38,376 nucleotides of DNA. Origin: a virus. Lineage: Duplodnaviria > Caudoviricetes. The notes beneath the pieces are model-generated. The model did no database searches, was not told the origin of the DNA, and was given only the letters and a program-made list of their open reading frames with translations. The stretch lies in IMG/VR virus record IMGVR_UViG_3300037524_000937, positions 1 to 38,376 of that record; one strand, written 5' to 3'. Made by a program: the position numbers and the translations under genes. This document shows, one piece after another, positions 9,636 to 18,545 of the stretch (positions are counted from its first letter, which is position 1; every line of letters starts with the position of its first letter).

Positions 9636-10179
9636 CGATCTCGTCTCGGTGAAGACCAACCTCGCCGACTTTCGGGCGCAGCTCAAGGCCGTCGGCCTGA
9701 AGATGGAGCGCAAGATCGTGCGGGCGGCCACGCGCGACGCGCTCAAGATTTACAAGGCCGCCGCCACGCGCCTCGCCCCGGAGCTGAGTCTCTCTGCGGT
9801 CAAGGAGCGCCGCCGCATCCGGGGGGCGCTCAAATCCTCGATCTATATCGGCACGAGCAGGCGCGCCCCGAAGGGCACCGTGTCCATGTTCGTCGGCGTG
9901 CGCGCCAAGCGGCGATTCGCGACGCTGGCGGTCGACGCCTTCTACTGGCGCTTCCTCGAGGGCGGCTGGATGCCGCGCGGGCCGGGAAGGAAGCTCACGG
10001 GAGGCGTCCGGCGGAGGGCGCTGGAACGCGAGCGCAACCGGGCGCGCGGCGCGCGGTTCGTTCAAAGGCCGTTTTTGCTGCCCGCGTTTCGCATCGTTGG
10101 CACGGGGGCCCCGCAGATCGCATTCGAGGCGCGGGTCGAGCGCGAGCTCGCCCTGATCAACGCGAGCAAAAACGCATGA
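9628..10179 (+). CDS. HK97 gp10-like tail-component protein
   Basis: 'GALKSSI', 'AFYWRFLEGG', 'RPFLLPAF', and position. Confidence 0.88.
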   Translation: MRDDLVSVKTNLADFRAQLKAVGLKMERKIVRAATRDALKIYKAAATRLAPELSLSAVKERRRIRGALKSSIYIGTSRRAPKGTVSMFVGVRAKRRFATLAVDAFYWRFLEGGWMPRGPGRKLTGGVRRRALERERNRARGARFVQRPFLLPAFRIVGTGAPQIAFEARVERELALINASKNA

Positions 10180-10236
10180 GCGCTAACCGGAACGACCGCG
10201 ATGAGCGCTGACAGGAACAACCGCGATGAGCGCTGA
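10176..10236 (+). repeat. 25-bp tandem repeat (about 2.4 copies), each starting ATGAGCGCT
   Basis: ATGAGCGCT at 10176, 10201 and 10226. Confidence 0.85.
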
Positions 10237-10594
10237 GACCGCCCTCAACACCGCGCTTCTGGCCGCGCCGGCGGTCACGGCGATCGTGGGCTCGGGCAGC
10301 GCGGCGCGGGTCTATCCCGACGTCGTGCCGCAGGACAAGGGCCTCCCGGCGCTCGCGTACGCGCGCGTGGCCACGGAGCCGATTCTCACCGTGCACTCGG
10401 CGGCGCCGATCGCGACGCGCGCGACGCTCGAGGTGTGGTGCATGGCGGCCACGCGCGCGGCCGCCGAGGGGCTTGCCGACATCGTCTCGGGCGTGGTCGG
10501 GGCGGCGCGGTTCATCTACGCGGGGCGGCGGTTCGAGTACGACCCGGACAACGAACTTTTCGCGGCGGTCCTGACCGTCGACTACTTCTCGTAA
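10226..10594 (+). CDS. Tail terminator/completion protein (DUF3168-like)
   Basis: 'ARVYPDVVPQ...PALAY' and position before the tail tube gene. Confidence 0.85.
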   Translation: MSAETALNTALLAAPAVTAIVGSGSAARVYPDVVPQDKGLPALAYARVATEPILTVHSAAPIATRATLEVWCMAATRAAAEGLADIVSGVVGAARFIYAGRRFEYDPDNELFAAVLTVDYFS

Positions 10595-10606
10595 AGGAAA
10601 AAGACT

Positions 10607-11257
10607 ATGGCAAACGTCAGCATCTGGTCAGGCGTCGGGATCGCGATCCAGTCCGCGCTCGGCAACGCCCAGACCGTCTCGGGGGTGACCAAGGCGAACC
10701 CGGGCGTCGCGACCTACGTCGGCAGCGATCCGTCGAATGGCGACTACATCTATCTCTCGAGCGTGCTCGGCATGTTCGAGATCGAGGAGCGGGTCATTCG
10801 GGTCGCAAACGTGAACGGCGGCGGGAATACGCTCGAGCTCGAAGGCGAGGACACGACGCTCTACGGCACGTTCACCAGCGGCAACATGCAGCCGGTGACC
10901 TTCGGCACCACGCTCGCGATCGTCACCGACGTGAACGTGAGCGGCGGCGACTTTGCGAGGATCGACACGACCACCGTGCACGACCTGGTGCGCAAGACCA
11001 TCCCCGGCGCGGCGAACGAGATCGTGATCTCGGGCTCCTGCATCTGGGATCCGTCCGACGCGGGCTTCAAGGCGCTCAAGTCGGCGAGCCAGCTCAAGAG
11101 CAAGCGCGCGGTCAAGATCAGCTTCGCGAACGGCTACAAGAGCGTGTTCACCGGCTATATCGGCTTCACCGGCGTGCACACCGGCCAGGCGCAGGACAAG
11201 GTGGTCACGCCGTTCGAGATCAGCCTCTTCGGCACGCCGACCTACTACACCAACTGA
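10607..11257 (+). CDS. Major tail (tube) protein
   Basis: 'VTKANPGVAT', 'IDTTTVHD...IPG', AAGGA RBS, and position. Confidence 0.88.
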   Translation: MANVSIWSGVGIAIQSALGNAQTVSGVTKANPGVATYVGSDPSNGDYIYLSSVLGMFEIEERVIRVANVNGGGNTLELEGEDTTLYGTFTSGNMQPVTFGTTLAIVTDVNVSGGDFARIDTTTVHDLVRKTIPGAANEIVISGSCIWDPSDAGFKALKSASQLKSKRAVKISFANGYKSVFTGYIGFTGVHTGQAQDKVVTPFEISLFGTPTYYTN

Positions 11258-11259
11258 TC

Positions 11260-11592
11260 ATGGCGCTCGTCGATCAACTGCGGCGCGCGCGGGAATCGTG
11301 GGTCAGCATCGGGGCCCACGACTACCTGGTGCGCCGGCCGACGCCCTACCAGCTCGCGCTCATCAGCGACAAGCCCAAGGGCGAGCTGCTGCGCCAGTTC
11401 GTGGTCGGCTGGCGCAAGGTCACCGAGCTCGACATCGCCCCGGGCCATGACGCCAAGCCCGCCGAGTTCGACCCCGACCTGCTGGTGGAGTGGATCGGCG
11501 ACCGGCCCGACGACATGGTGGCGCTCATCCAGGCGGTCATGGACTCGGTCGCGCGCGCCCACGCGGCGAGAGAGGACGCCGAAAAAAAATGA
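11260..11592 (+). CDS. Tail assembly chaperone (lambda gpG analogue)
   Basis: ATG at 11260. Lies between tube and tape measure and ends 'EDAEKK' on an A8 run. Confidence 0.85.
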   Translation: MALVDQLRRARESWVSIGAHDYLVRRPTPYQLALISDKPKGELLRQFVVGWRKVTELDIAPGHDAKPAEFDPDLLVEWIGDRPDDMVALIQAVMDSVARAHAAREDAEKK

Positions 11593-11840
11593 TCGGGGCC
11601 CTCACCGCTGCGGAGACGCGCCGCTTCATGGGCAAGGCGGAGGAGGGCCCGACGGGCGCGGCGTGGGCGGAGGCGCACACGCTCACCGATGCCGCCATCG
11701 TGGCGTGGAACCTGATGGGCGGGGCGGTGCGGTGGGAGGCGTTCGAGTCCATCGCGGAGATGCTCGGCGTGGACGACGTCGAGCTGCTGGTGCGCAACGT
11801 GATCGCCATCCGCGACCGGATGGCGCAGCCGGGAGCGTAG
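11580..11840 (+). CDS. Tail assembly chaperone frameshift extension (gpT analogue)
   Basis: Open in the -1 frame from the slippery GAAAAAAAA (11581-11589) to TAG at 11840. Confidence 0.75.
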   Translation, partial: RKKMIGALTAAETRRFMGKAEEGPTGAAWAEAHTLTDAAIVAWNLMGGAVRWEAFESIAEMLGVDDVELLVRNVIAIRDRMAQPGA

Positions 11841-11841
11841 G

Positions 11842-13728
11842 GTGCCCAAGCTAACCATCGACATCGAAGCCCGGCTCGCGAGCTTTCAGGATTCGCTGGA
11901 CAAGATCTCGCGCGACGCGGGGGGCATTGCCGGCAAGCTCGAGGGCGCGTTCGGGGTGCTCAAGGGGGCGCTCGCGGGGCTCGGCGTCGGCGTGGGCGTC
12001 TCCGGGCTCGCCGGGCTGGTGAAGGATTCGATCGCCGCCACCGCGGCGCTCGACGACCTCTCGGAAAAGACGAGCCTCTCGGTCGAGACGCTCTCGGCGC
12101 TGCGCGAAGTCGCGCGCGTGGGCGGGCACAACCTCGACAGCGTGGCGGCCGGCGCGAGCAAGTTTGCGCGCAGCGTTGCCGAGGCGGTGGGCGGCAACAA
12201 GGAGCTCGGCGCGGCGTTCAAGGCGCTCGGCATCAGCCTCACCGACGCGGACGGCAAGCTCCGCAACTTCGACGACCTCTTCGTGGAGTTCGCCAAGGCG
12301 ATCGCCAACGCCGAGAACCCGACCATTGCGCTGGCCTACGCGGTCAAGCTCGCCGGCAAGGCCGCGGCGGACCAGATCCCGTTCTATCGCGACCTGGCTG
12401 AGTACGGGAAGCTGACCGCGAAAGTCACCACCGAGCAGGCCGCCGCCGCGGAGAAGCTGGAAAAGGATTTCAAGCGCCTCTCGCAGACCACCGAGGAGCT
12501 GAAGATTGCGCTCGGCGTCGGTTTGCTGCCCGTGCTGCAGGAGGTCGTGAACGGCCTCCGGGTGCTCAAGGAGCTGAACATCGGCGACGTGTTCACGGCG
12601 ATGACGGCCGGGATCGACAACGCAACGTATGCCGGGCTCTCCAAGATCGACGAGCAGCTCGCCGGGCTCAAGAAGCGCCGCGACGAGATCACCCAGGAGG
12701 TGAAAGGCGGCGCCGGCTTGCTCGCGCCGTTCAAGCTCATCGAGCAGCGCGGGGTCGAGAAGGAAATCGCGATCCTGGAAAAGCAGCGCGCGGCGCTCGA
12801 AAACCTGATGAAGGTGCGAGACAAGGTGAACGCGCCGGCCCCTGAGGCCGCGCCCAAGCGCGCCCTCGATGCCGGCGCGCTCGGCGGCGCGGCCACGGGC
12901 GTCGGCGCCCGCGTGAAGAAAGACCTCGACGAGCTCGACCGCATCTATGGCGGCTACGAGGGCGCCTACAAGGCGTTCGCCGACTCGATCAAGCGCGCCG
13001 CCGACGACGCGCAGGCGTGGGCCGAGGCGGACATCGACCATTGGCAGAAGATGAAAGACGGCCTCACCGAGGCCGACCGCGCGCTGATCAAATACATCGA
13101 CGACCAGCAGGAGGCCGAGCGCCGCGCGGGCGAGGCCGCGAACGGCGGCAAGTCGGGCCTGCAGGTGATGGAAGACGACGCGAAGCGCGCCGCCGAGGCG
13201 GGCAAGGAAATGGGCCTCGTGTTCACCAGCGCGCTGTCGGACGCGATCGTCGAGGGCAAGAAGTTCTCCGAGGTGCTGCGCGCGCTCGGAAAGGACGTGG
13301 CGCAGCTCATCCTCAAGAAGACGGTGACGCCGCTCCTCGAGAAGGGCGTCGATAGCCTGCTCGGGCCGGTGCTCAAGGGTATCGCCGGCATCTTCAGCGC
13401 CAAGGGCAACGTGTTCGGCCCGGGCGGCCTGGTGCCGTTCGCGCTCGGGGGCGTGGTGAACCGGCCCACGCTCTTTCCGTTCGCCGCCGGCGTCGGGCTG
13501 ATGGGCGAATCAGGGCCCGAGGCGATCATGCCGCTCAAGCGCGGCGCCGACGGCCGGCTCGGCGTGGCCGCGGCCGCCGGCGGGGGCACGCCCGTGACCG
13601 TGGTGATCAACGCCTCGGCGATCGACGCGCGCAGCCTCGACCAGATGCTCGCCGCTCGCGCCGAGACCATCGCCGCGGCGGTCAGCAAGGCGGCCAACGC
13701 GCGCGGCCGCAGGGGGCCGCTGGGATGA
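11842..13728 (+). CDS. Tape measure protein
   Basis: 628 aa, Ala-rich and helical. N-terminal 'LTIDIEARLASF', C-terminal 'FALGGVV..PTLF...MGESGPEAIMPL'. Confidence 0.92.
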   Translation: MPKLTIDIEARLASFQDSLDKISRDAGGIAGKLEGAFGVLKGALAGLGVGVGVSGLAGLVKDSIAATAALDDLSEKTSLSVETLSALREVARVGGHNLDSVAAGASKFARSVAEAVGGNKELGAAFKALGISLTDADGKLRNFDDLFVEFAKAIANAENPTIALAYAVKLAGKAAADQIPFYRDLAEYGKLTAKVTTEQAAAAEKLEKDFKRLSQTTEELKIALGVGLLPVLQEVVNGLRVLKELNIGDVFTAMTAGIDNATYAGLSKIDEQLAGLKKRRDEITQEVKGGAGLLAPFKLIEQRGVEKEIAILEKQRAALENLMKVRDKVNAPAPEAAPKRALDAGALGGAATGVGARVKKDLDELDRIYGGYEGAYKAFADSIKRAADDAQAWAEADIDHWQKMKDGLTEADRALIKYIDDQQEAERRAGEAANGGKSGLQVMEDDAKRAAEAGKEMGLVFTSALSDAIVEGKKFSEVLRALGKDVAQLILKKTVTPLLEKGVDSLLGPVLKGIAGIFSAKGNVFGPGGLVPFALGGVVNRPTLFPFAAGVGLMGESGPEAIMPLKRGADGRLGVAAAAGGGTPVTVVINASAIDARSLDQMLAARAETIAAAVSKAANARGRRGPLG

Positions 13729-14318
13729 GCGGAACCTTTCCCCAGAGCCCGGGCCCGACGCGGCTCACGGTGCGCAGCGTGCAGCCGCTGCTCGTCTCGG
13801 TGGCCCACTCGCTCAAGCGCCAGGTGCGCAGCCGCGGCGGCCAGCGCTGGGGCTTCACCGTGGAGTTCCCGCCCATGCTCCGCGATCAGCTCGCGCCGGT
13901 GCTGGCGTTCGTGCTCGCGCAGCGCGGCGGCTACGAGACCTTCACGTTCTACCACCCGCTGGACACCACGCCGCGCGGCAGCTGGTCGGGCACCCCGCTC
14001 GTGAACGGCGGCAGCCAAACCGGGCGCTCGGTGGCGGTGGACGGCTTCGCGAGCTACGGCACGGTCAAGGCCGGCGACTGGGTGAAGTTCGGCGGCTCGA
14101 ACAAGGTTTACATCGTCACGGCCGACGTCACCGCCGACGAATACGGGGTGATGACGCTCCCGATCGAGCCCGCGCTCGTGGCCTCGCCCGCAAACAATGC
14201 GAGCATCACGCACACGGCGGTGCCGTTCACGTGCGCGCTGGCGGCCGATTCGATCGAAACGGCCGTGGTTCCGGGCAAGGTCTACTCGCTCACCGTCGAG
14301 CTCGTGGAGGTGCCATGA
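13725..14318 (+). CDS. Distal tail protein-like
   Basis: Follows tape measure. 'GGQRWGFTVEFPPM...QRGGYETF'. Confidence 0.75.
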   Translation: MSGTFPQSPGPTRLTVRSVQPLLVSVAHSLKRQVRSRGGQRWGFTVEFPPMLRDQLAPVLAFVLAQRGGYETFTFYHPLDTTPRGSWSGTPLVNGGSQTGRSVAVDGFASYGTVKAGDWVKFGGSNKVYIVTADVTADEYGVMTLPIEPALVASPANNASITHTAVPFTCALAADSIETAVVPGKVYSLTVELVEVP

Positions 14319-14962
14319 CCGCACGCGGGATGAGCGCCGCCGCGCTGGCGCAGTCGCGCGCGAGCGCCAACCAGCCGGTGCACCTGGTGGCGTGCTATTT
14401 CGACGACATCACGATCCGCTACACCGACGCCTACCGGAACGTCGTCTGGAACGGCGACACGTTCACCGCCGCCGGGCACCTGCTGGAGTTCTCCGGCATC
14501 ACCGAGTCGGTCGAGCTCCGCGTCACGCAGGCGGAGATCTCGCTCTCGGGCGTCGAGCAGTCGTTCGTGGCGATCGTGCTGCAGAAGCAGTACGTCGACC
14601 GCCGCGTCGTGGTGTGGAAGGCGTTCCTCGCGCCCGGCACCGATGCGCTGGTGATCGACCCGGTGCCGCTCCTCGACGGCCGCATGGACGCGCCCACGAT
14701 CGACGAAGACCCGAGCGCCGGCACCTGCACGGTCAAGCTCGGCGCGACCAGCCACTGGGTGGACTTCGAGCGCCGGCCCGGACGGCACACCAACGACACC
14801 GAGCAGCAGAGCATCTACCCGGGCGATCTTTTCTTCCAGTTCTGCAGCCAGGTGGCGAAGCAGATCCTCTGGGGCCGCGCGAGCGGCACGGCCGCGAACG
14901 TGCCGACACAGGTGATCAACGAGGTGCCCGCCGACTGGCAGAGCGGGGGGAATTGGGGATGA
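14315..14962 (+). CDS. Tail tip/hub protein (gpL/DUF2163-like)
   Basis: 'VWNGDTFTAAG.LL', 'ISLSGV', 'QQSIYPGDLFFQF...ILWG'. ATG at 14315. Confidence 0.75.
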   Translation: MTARGMSAAALAQSRASANQPVHLVACYFDDITIRYTDAYRNVVWNGDTFTAAGHLLEFSGITESVELRVTQAEISLSGVEQSFVAIVLQKQYVDRRVVVWKAFLAPGTDALVIDPVPLLDGRMDAPTIDEDPSAGTCTVKLGATSHWVDFERRPGRHTNDTEQQSIYPGDLFFQFCSQVAKQILWGRASGTAANVPTQVINEVPADWQSGGNWG

Positions 14963-15432
14963 GCCTCCTCATCGCGCACGAGCCGTTCGCACGGTGGCGC
15001 CACGAGGCGCCGGCGCTTTTCGAGGCGCACTGGCGCGAGGTGGGGCTCTACCAGGACGAAGTGCCGCTCGACCCCGACTACGACAAGCTCCTCACCCTCG
15101 AGCACGCCGGGGTGCTGGAAGCCTTCACGGTGCGGGTGCGCACCGATAGCGGGGCGCCCGGCAAGCTGGCGGGCTATGCCGGTTACCTCGTCATCCCGCA
15201 CCTGCACTACCGCACGACGCTCGTTGCGGCGAACGACGTGATCTATCTCGACCCATCGTTCCGCCACGGGCTCACGGCATCGCGGCTCCTGCGGTTCGCG
15301 GAGACCTACCTCGCCACCGCCCGCGGCGCGCGGCGCTTCACCTACCATGTGAAGACCGCGCACGACTTCGGGCCGCTCCTCCTGCGTGCGGGCTACGCGC
15401 ACGAGGAGAACATTTTCGGAAAGCTGGTCTGA
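14959..15432 (+). CDS. GNAT-fold acetyltransferase-like protein
   Basis: 'LAGYAGYLV...NDVIYLDPSFRHGLTASRLLRFAE...LLRAGY' resembles GNAT motif A/B. Coupled to both neighbours. Confidence 0.75.
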   Translation: MSLLIAHEPFARWRHEAPALFEAHWREVGLYQDEVPLDPDYDKLLTLEHAGVLEAFTVRVRTDSGAPGKLAGYAGYLVIPHLHYRTTLVAANDVIYLDPSFRHGLTASRLLRFAETYLATARGARRFTYHVKTAHDFGPLLLRAGYAHEENIFGKLV

Positions 15433-18218
15433 TGGCGTTCGAGGCCATCGCGTTCGCCGCCGCCGAGGTGCTCGGCGGGATCACCGTCGGCGAGATCGCC
15501 GCGGCGGTCGTCGGGACGGCGATCTCGGTGGGCGTGTCGAAGCTCACCGCGGCCAAACCCGACGCGGCCTCGTCGAGCTTCGATTCGCAGGCGCGCGGGG
15601 CGCTGCTCAACGTGGCGAGCAACGTCGCGCCGCTCGATCTCGTCTACGGCTTCCGGCGCGTGGGCGGCGCGCGGGTGTTCGCGCACACGACCGGCGACTG
15701 GAACCAATACCTCCACCTGGTGCTGGCGCTCGGCGAGGGCGAGGTCGAGGACATCGGCGAAATCTACCTCGACAACGTGCCGATCTCGGACGCCCGCTGG
15801 ACGAAGCCCGAGGGGCCCTACGTCTACGCCCGCCGGATGCGCGGCGCCGACGACCAGCCGGCGCTCGACGACATCGTGCTGAACGTGGGCGGGATGTGGA
15901 CGAGCGCGCACCGCGGCGTGGGCGTGGCCTACGTCTACATGTGGCTCCACTACTCCGAAGAGCTCTTCTCGGGGCTGCCCGAGATCACCGCCGACGTGCG
16001 CGGCCTCAAGGTCTACGACCCGCGCACGGGCACGGTGGCGTGGAGCGACAACCCGGCGCTCTGCCTGCGCGACTACCTCACCCGGGCGCGCGAGCGCGGC
16101 GGGCGGGGCATCCCCGAGAGCTTCATCGACGACGCCTCGATCATCGCGGCGGCGAACTACTGCGACGAGTGGATCGACTCCGGCGGCGGCGTGCAGCGGC
16201 GCTACACCTGCAACGCGCGGCTTTCGGTGGATGCCGATCCGCTCGACAACGTGCGGGCGATCCTCTCCGCGTTCCGCGGCTACACGCATTTCTCGGGGGG
16301 CAAGTATCGCGTCGGGATCTTTCGCGATCAGGCGCCGAGCGGCTTCGCGTTCACGGAAGACAACATCGTCGGCGCCTGGCAGATCCGGCTCCCGGGCAAG
16401 CGCGACAAGGCGAACCGGGTGAAGGCGCAGTATTTTGACCCGACCAAAGACTGGCAGCCGGACTATGCCATCTGGGAGTCGGCCGCCTGGCGCGCGGAGG
16501 ACAACGGCCTCGTGCTGGAGCGCTCGCTCGATCTCCCGTGCACCACGGACTACTTCATCGCGCAGCGCCTGGCGCAGCTCGAATGCCGCGAGAGCCGCTA
16601 TGCGACCGCGTGCAGCTTCACCGCCACGATCGCCGCGCTCGAGGTGGAGCTCGGCGACGTGGTGAGCATCACGCACTCGACACCAGGCTGGAGCGGGGCG
16701 CTCTTCCGGGTGGTCGACCTCGAGCCGCTCTCGTCCGACGAGGTGCGGGTGGTGGCGCGGCAGTACGACCTGGCGGCCTACGACATCTCGATCGCCGAGC
16801 CGAGGTCGCTCCCGCCGGCCACCAACCTGCCCGACCCGACGGTCGTGGGGCTGCCGGGCTTCCCCGCCGTGCGGGAGGAGCTCTACGAGACCATCGGCTC
16901 GGCCGGGGTGAAGGCGCGCGCGGTGGTGGAGTGGGGCGCGGCGGCCGACGTCTTCGTGGTGGGCTACGAGGTGCAGTATCGCCGCGAGGAGGAGGCGCTC
17001 TGGTCGGAGATCCAGGCGGCGACCGCCACGCGCGGCCAGATCGACGACATCGCGCCGGGCGACTACCGTTTCCGCGTGCGCAGCCGCAACGCGCTGGGGT
17101 TCGCGAGCGCCTGGCAGGAAAGCCGCGCGACCATCGCCGGGCTCACCGCGCCGCCCGCGGCGCTCACGGGCTTCAGCCTGGTGCCGCACACGGGGCTCGC
17201 GCTCCTCTCGTGGGACACGCCGGCCGACCTCGACGTGCGGGTGGGCGGCGCGATCGCGGTGCGCCACTCGCCGGCGACCTCGGGCGCGACGTGGGAAGAC
17301 GCCGTGCCGATCGGCAACGCGCTCGGGCGCTTCCCCGGGAGCGCCACCTCTGCGCTCGCGCCGCTCCTCTCCGGCACCTACCTCGCGAAGACCATCGATT
17401 CGGGCGGGCGCGCGGCCTGGACCGCCGCGGCCGTGGTCACCACCGCGCCCGACGTGCTCTCCTGGAATGCGGTTGCGACCGTCACCGAGCACGCCGCTTT
17501 CTCCGGCACCAAGACGAACCTCGAGGTGGCCTCGAGCAAGCTCCGGCTCGGGAGCCTGCCCGACGTGGACTCGATCGGCGACAACCTCGATGCGTGGGTC
17601 GATTTCGACTCGGCCGGGCGCTCCGACGCGACCTCGGGCACCTACGCCTTCGCAAATCGCATCGACTTCGGCGCGGTCTATCCGGCGCGGCTCACGGCGG
17701 ACGTGCGCCAGCATGCATTCGACACCGGCGACCTGTGGGACGCGCGCGGTGCGCTGCTGGAGGACTGGCAGTCGCTCGACGGCTCTGTGATCGACGACGC
17801 ATTTTGCTGGCTGGAGATGCGCACGACGGCGGACAACCCGGCCGGAACGCCCACGTGGAGCGACTGGAAGCCGTTCTCGGTGGCGGACTACTCGGCGCGC
17901 GCGTTCGAGTTCCGCCTGCGCTTCCAGAGCGCCAGCACGAACCACAACGTCGAGGTGGACACGCTCACGGTATCGGCCGACATGGTGGACCGCGTGGAGG
18001 CGGGCAACGTGACCACCGGCACGGGCGCGGACACGACCGTGACCTTCGGAACGGCCTTCTATGCGGCCCCGAAAGTGGGCCTCACGATGGGCAATGCCGC
18101 GACGGGCGACTACCTCACCATCGCCAGCGAGGCCACGGGCTCGTTCGCCTTCTCCGCCTACAACGCCGGCGGGACGCGCGTGGCGCGCTCCGTGAACTGG
18201 ATCGCGAAAGGATATTGA
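15432..18218 (+). CDS. Tail tip central fibre / host-specificity protein (gpJ-like) with FN3
   Basis: 'LVYGFRRVGG', 'SDNPALCLRDYL', 'LEVELGDVV', FN3 'YRFRVRSRN', C-terminal 'VNWIAKGY'. Confidence 0.88.
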   Translation: MAFEAIAFAAAEVLGGITVGEIAAAVVGTAISVGVSKLTAAKPDAASSSFDSQARGALLNVASNVAPLDLVYGFRRVGGARVFAHTTGDWNQYLHLVLALGEGEVEDIGEIYLDNVPISDARWTKPEGPYVYARRMRGADDQPALDDIVLNVGGMWTSAHRGVGVAYVYMWLHYSEELFSGLPEITADVRGLKVYDPRTGTVAWSDNPALCLRDYLTRARERGGRGIPESFIDDASIIAAANYCDEWIDSGGGVQRRYTCNARLSVDADPLDNVRAILSAFRGYTHFSGGKYRVGIFRDQAPSGFAFTEDNIVGAWQIRLPGKRDKANRVKAQYFDPTKDWQPDYAIWESAAWRAEDNGLVLERSLDLPCTTDYFIAQRLAQLECRESRYATACSFTATIAALEVELGDVVSITHSTPGWSGALFRVVDLEPLSSDEVRVVARQYDLAAYDISIAEPRSLPPATNLPDPTVVGLPGFPAVREELYETIGSAGVKARAVVEWGAAADVFVVGYEVQYRREEEALWSEIQAATATRGQIDDIAPGDYRFRVRSRNALGFASAWQESRATIAGLTAPPAALTGFSLVPHTGLALLSWDTPADLDVRVGGAIAVRHSPATSGATWEDAVPIGNALGRFPGSATSALAPLLSGTYLAKTIDSGGRAAWTAAAVVTTAPDVLSWNAVATVTEHAAFSGTKTNLEVASSKLRLGSLPDVDSIGDNLDAWVDFDSAGRSDATSGTYAFANRIDFGAVYPARLTADVRQHAFDTGDLWDARGALLEDWQSLDGSVIDDAFCWLEMRTTADNPAGTPTWSDWKPFSVADYSARAFEFRLRFQSASTNHNVEVDTLTVSADMVDRVEAGNVTTGTGADTTVTFGTAFYAAPKVGLTMGNAATGDYLTIASEATGSFAFSAYNAGGTRVARSVNWIAKGY

Positions 18219-18219
18219 C

Positions 18220-18543
18220 ATGGCCAAAAAGCTCGCGCTCCTCGATGCGCAAAAGACGCTCACCGCGATCGCGGACGTGGCCGACGATGCATGGGCAGAC
18301 GGCCCCGACCAGGTGCGCGTGCCGAACGATTGCGACCTGGTGCCGCAGCGATTCCGGTGGACGGGCACGGAGTTCGTGGCGATCGCCGCGGCCTCGGCCG
18401 TGCTCGCCACGCGCCGGCCGCTCGCGATGACGGTGCTCGCGCTGCGCGAGATCAAGAAGCAGCTCAACGTCAACTATCCGGCCAAGGTGGACAACTGGCT
18501 GGCCGACGAATACCAGCAGATCAAAGCAGCGAAGGAAGAATAG
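18220..18543 (+). CDS. Hypothetical protein (possible fibre chaperone)
   Basis: Coupled ORF between tail tip and fibre genes. Confidence 0.6.
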   Translation: MAKKLALLDAQKTLTAIADVADDAWADGPDQVRVPNDCDLVPQRFRWTGTEFVAIAAASAVLATRRPLAMTVLALREIKKQLNVNYPAKVDNWLADEYQQIKAAKEE

Positions 18544-18545
18544 AC

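Noticed and set aside
10176-10236. Mini-CRISPR array
   Set aside because: Units are contiguous near-identical 25-mers without distinct spacers.
15393-18473. 1026-aa antisense ORF and other long shadow ORFs (e.g. 32345-34195, 12966-14324, 16538-18430)
   Set aside because: Arg/Ala/Gly-rich, motif-free frames overlapping well-supported genes, as expected in high-GC DNA.
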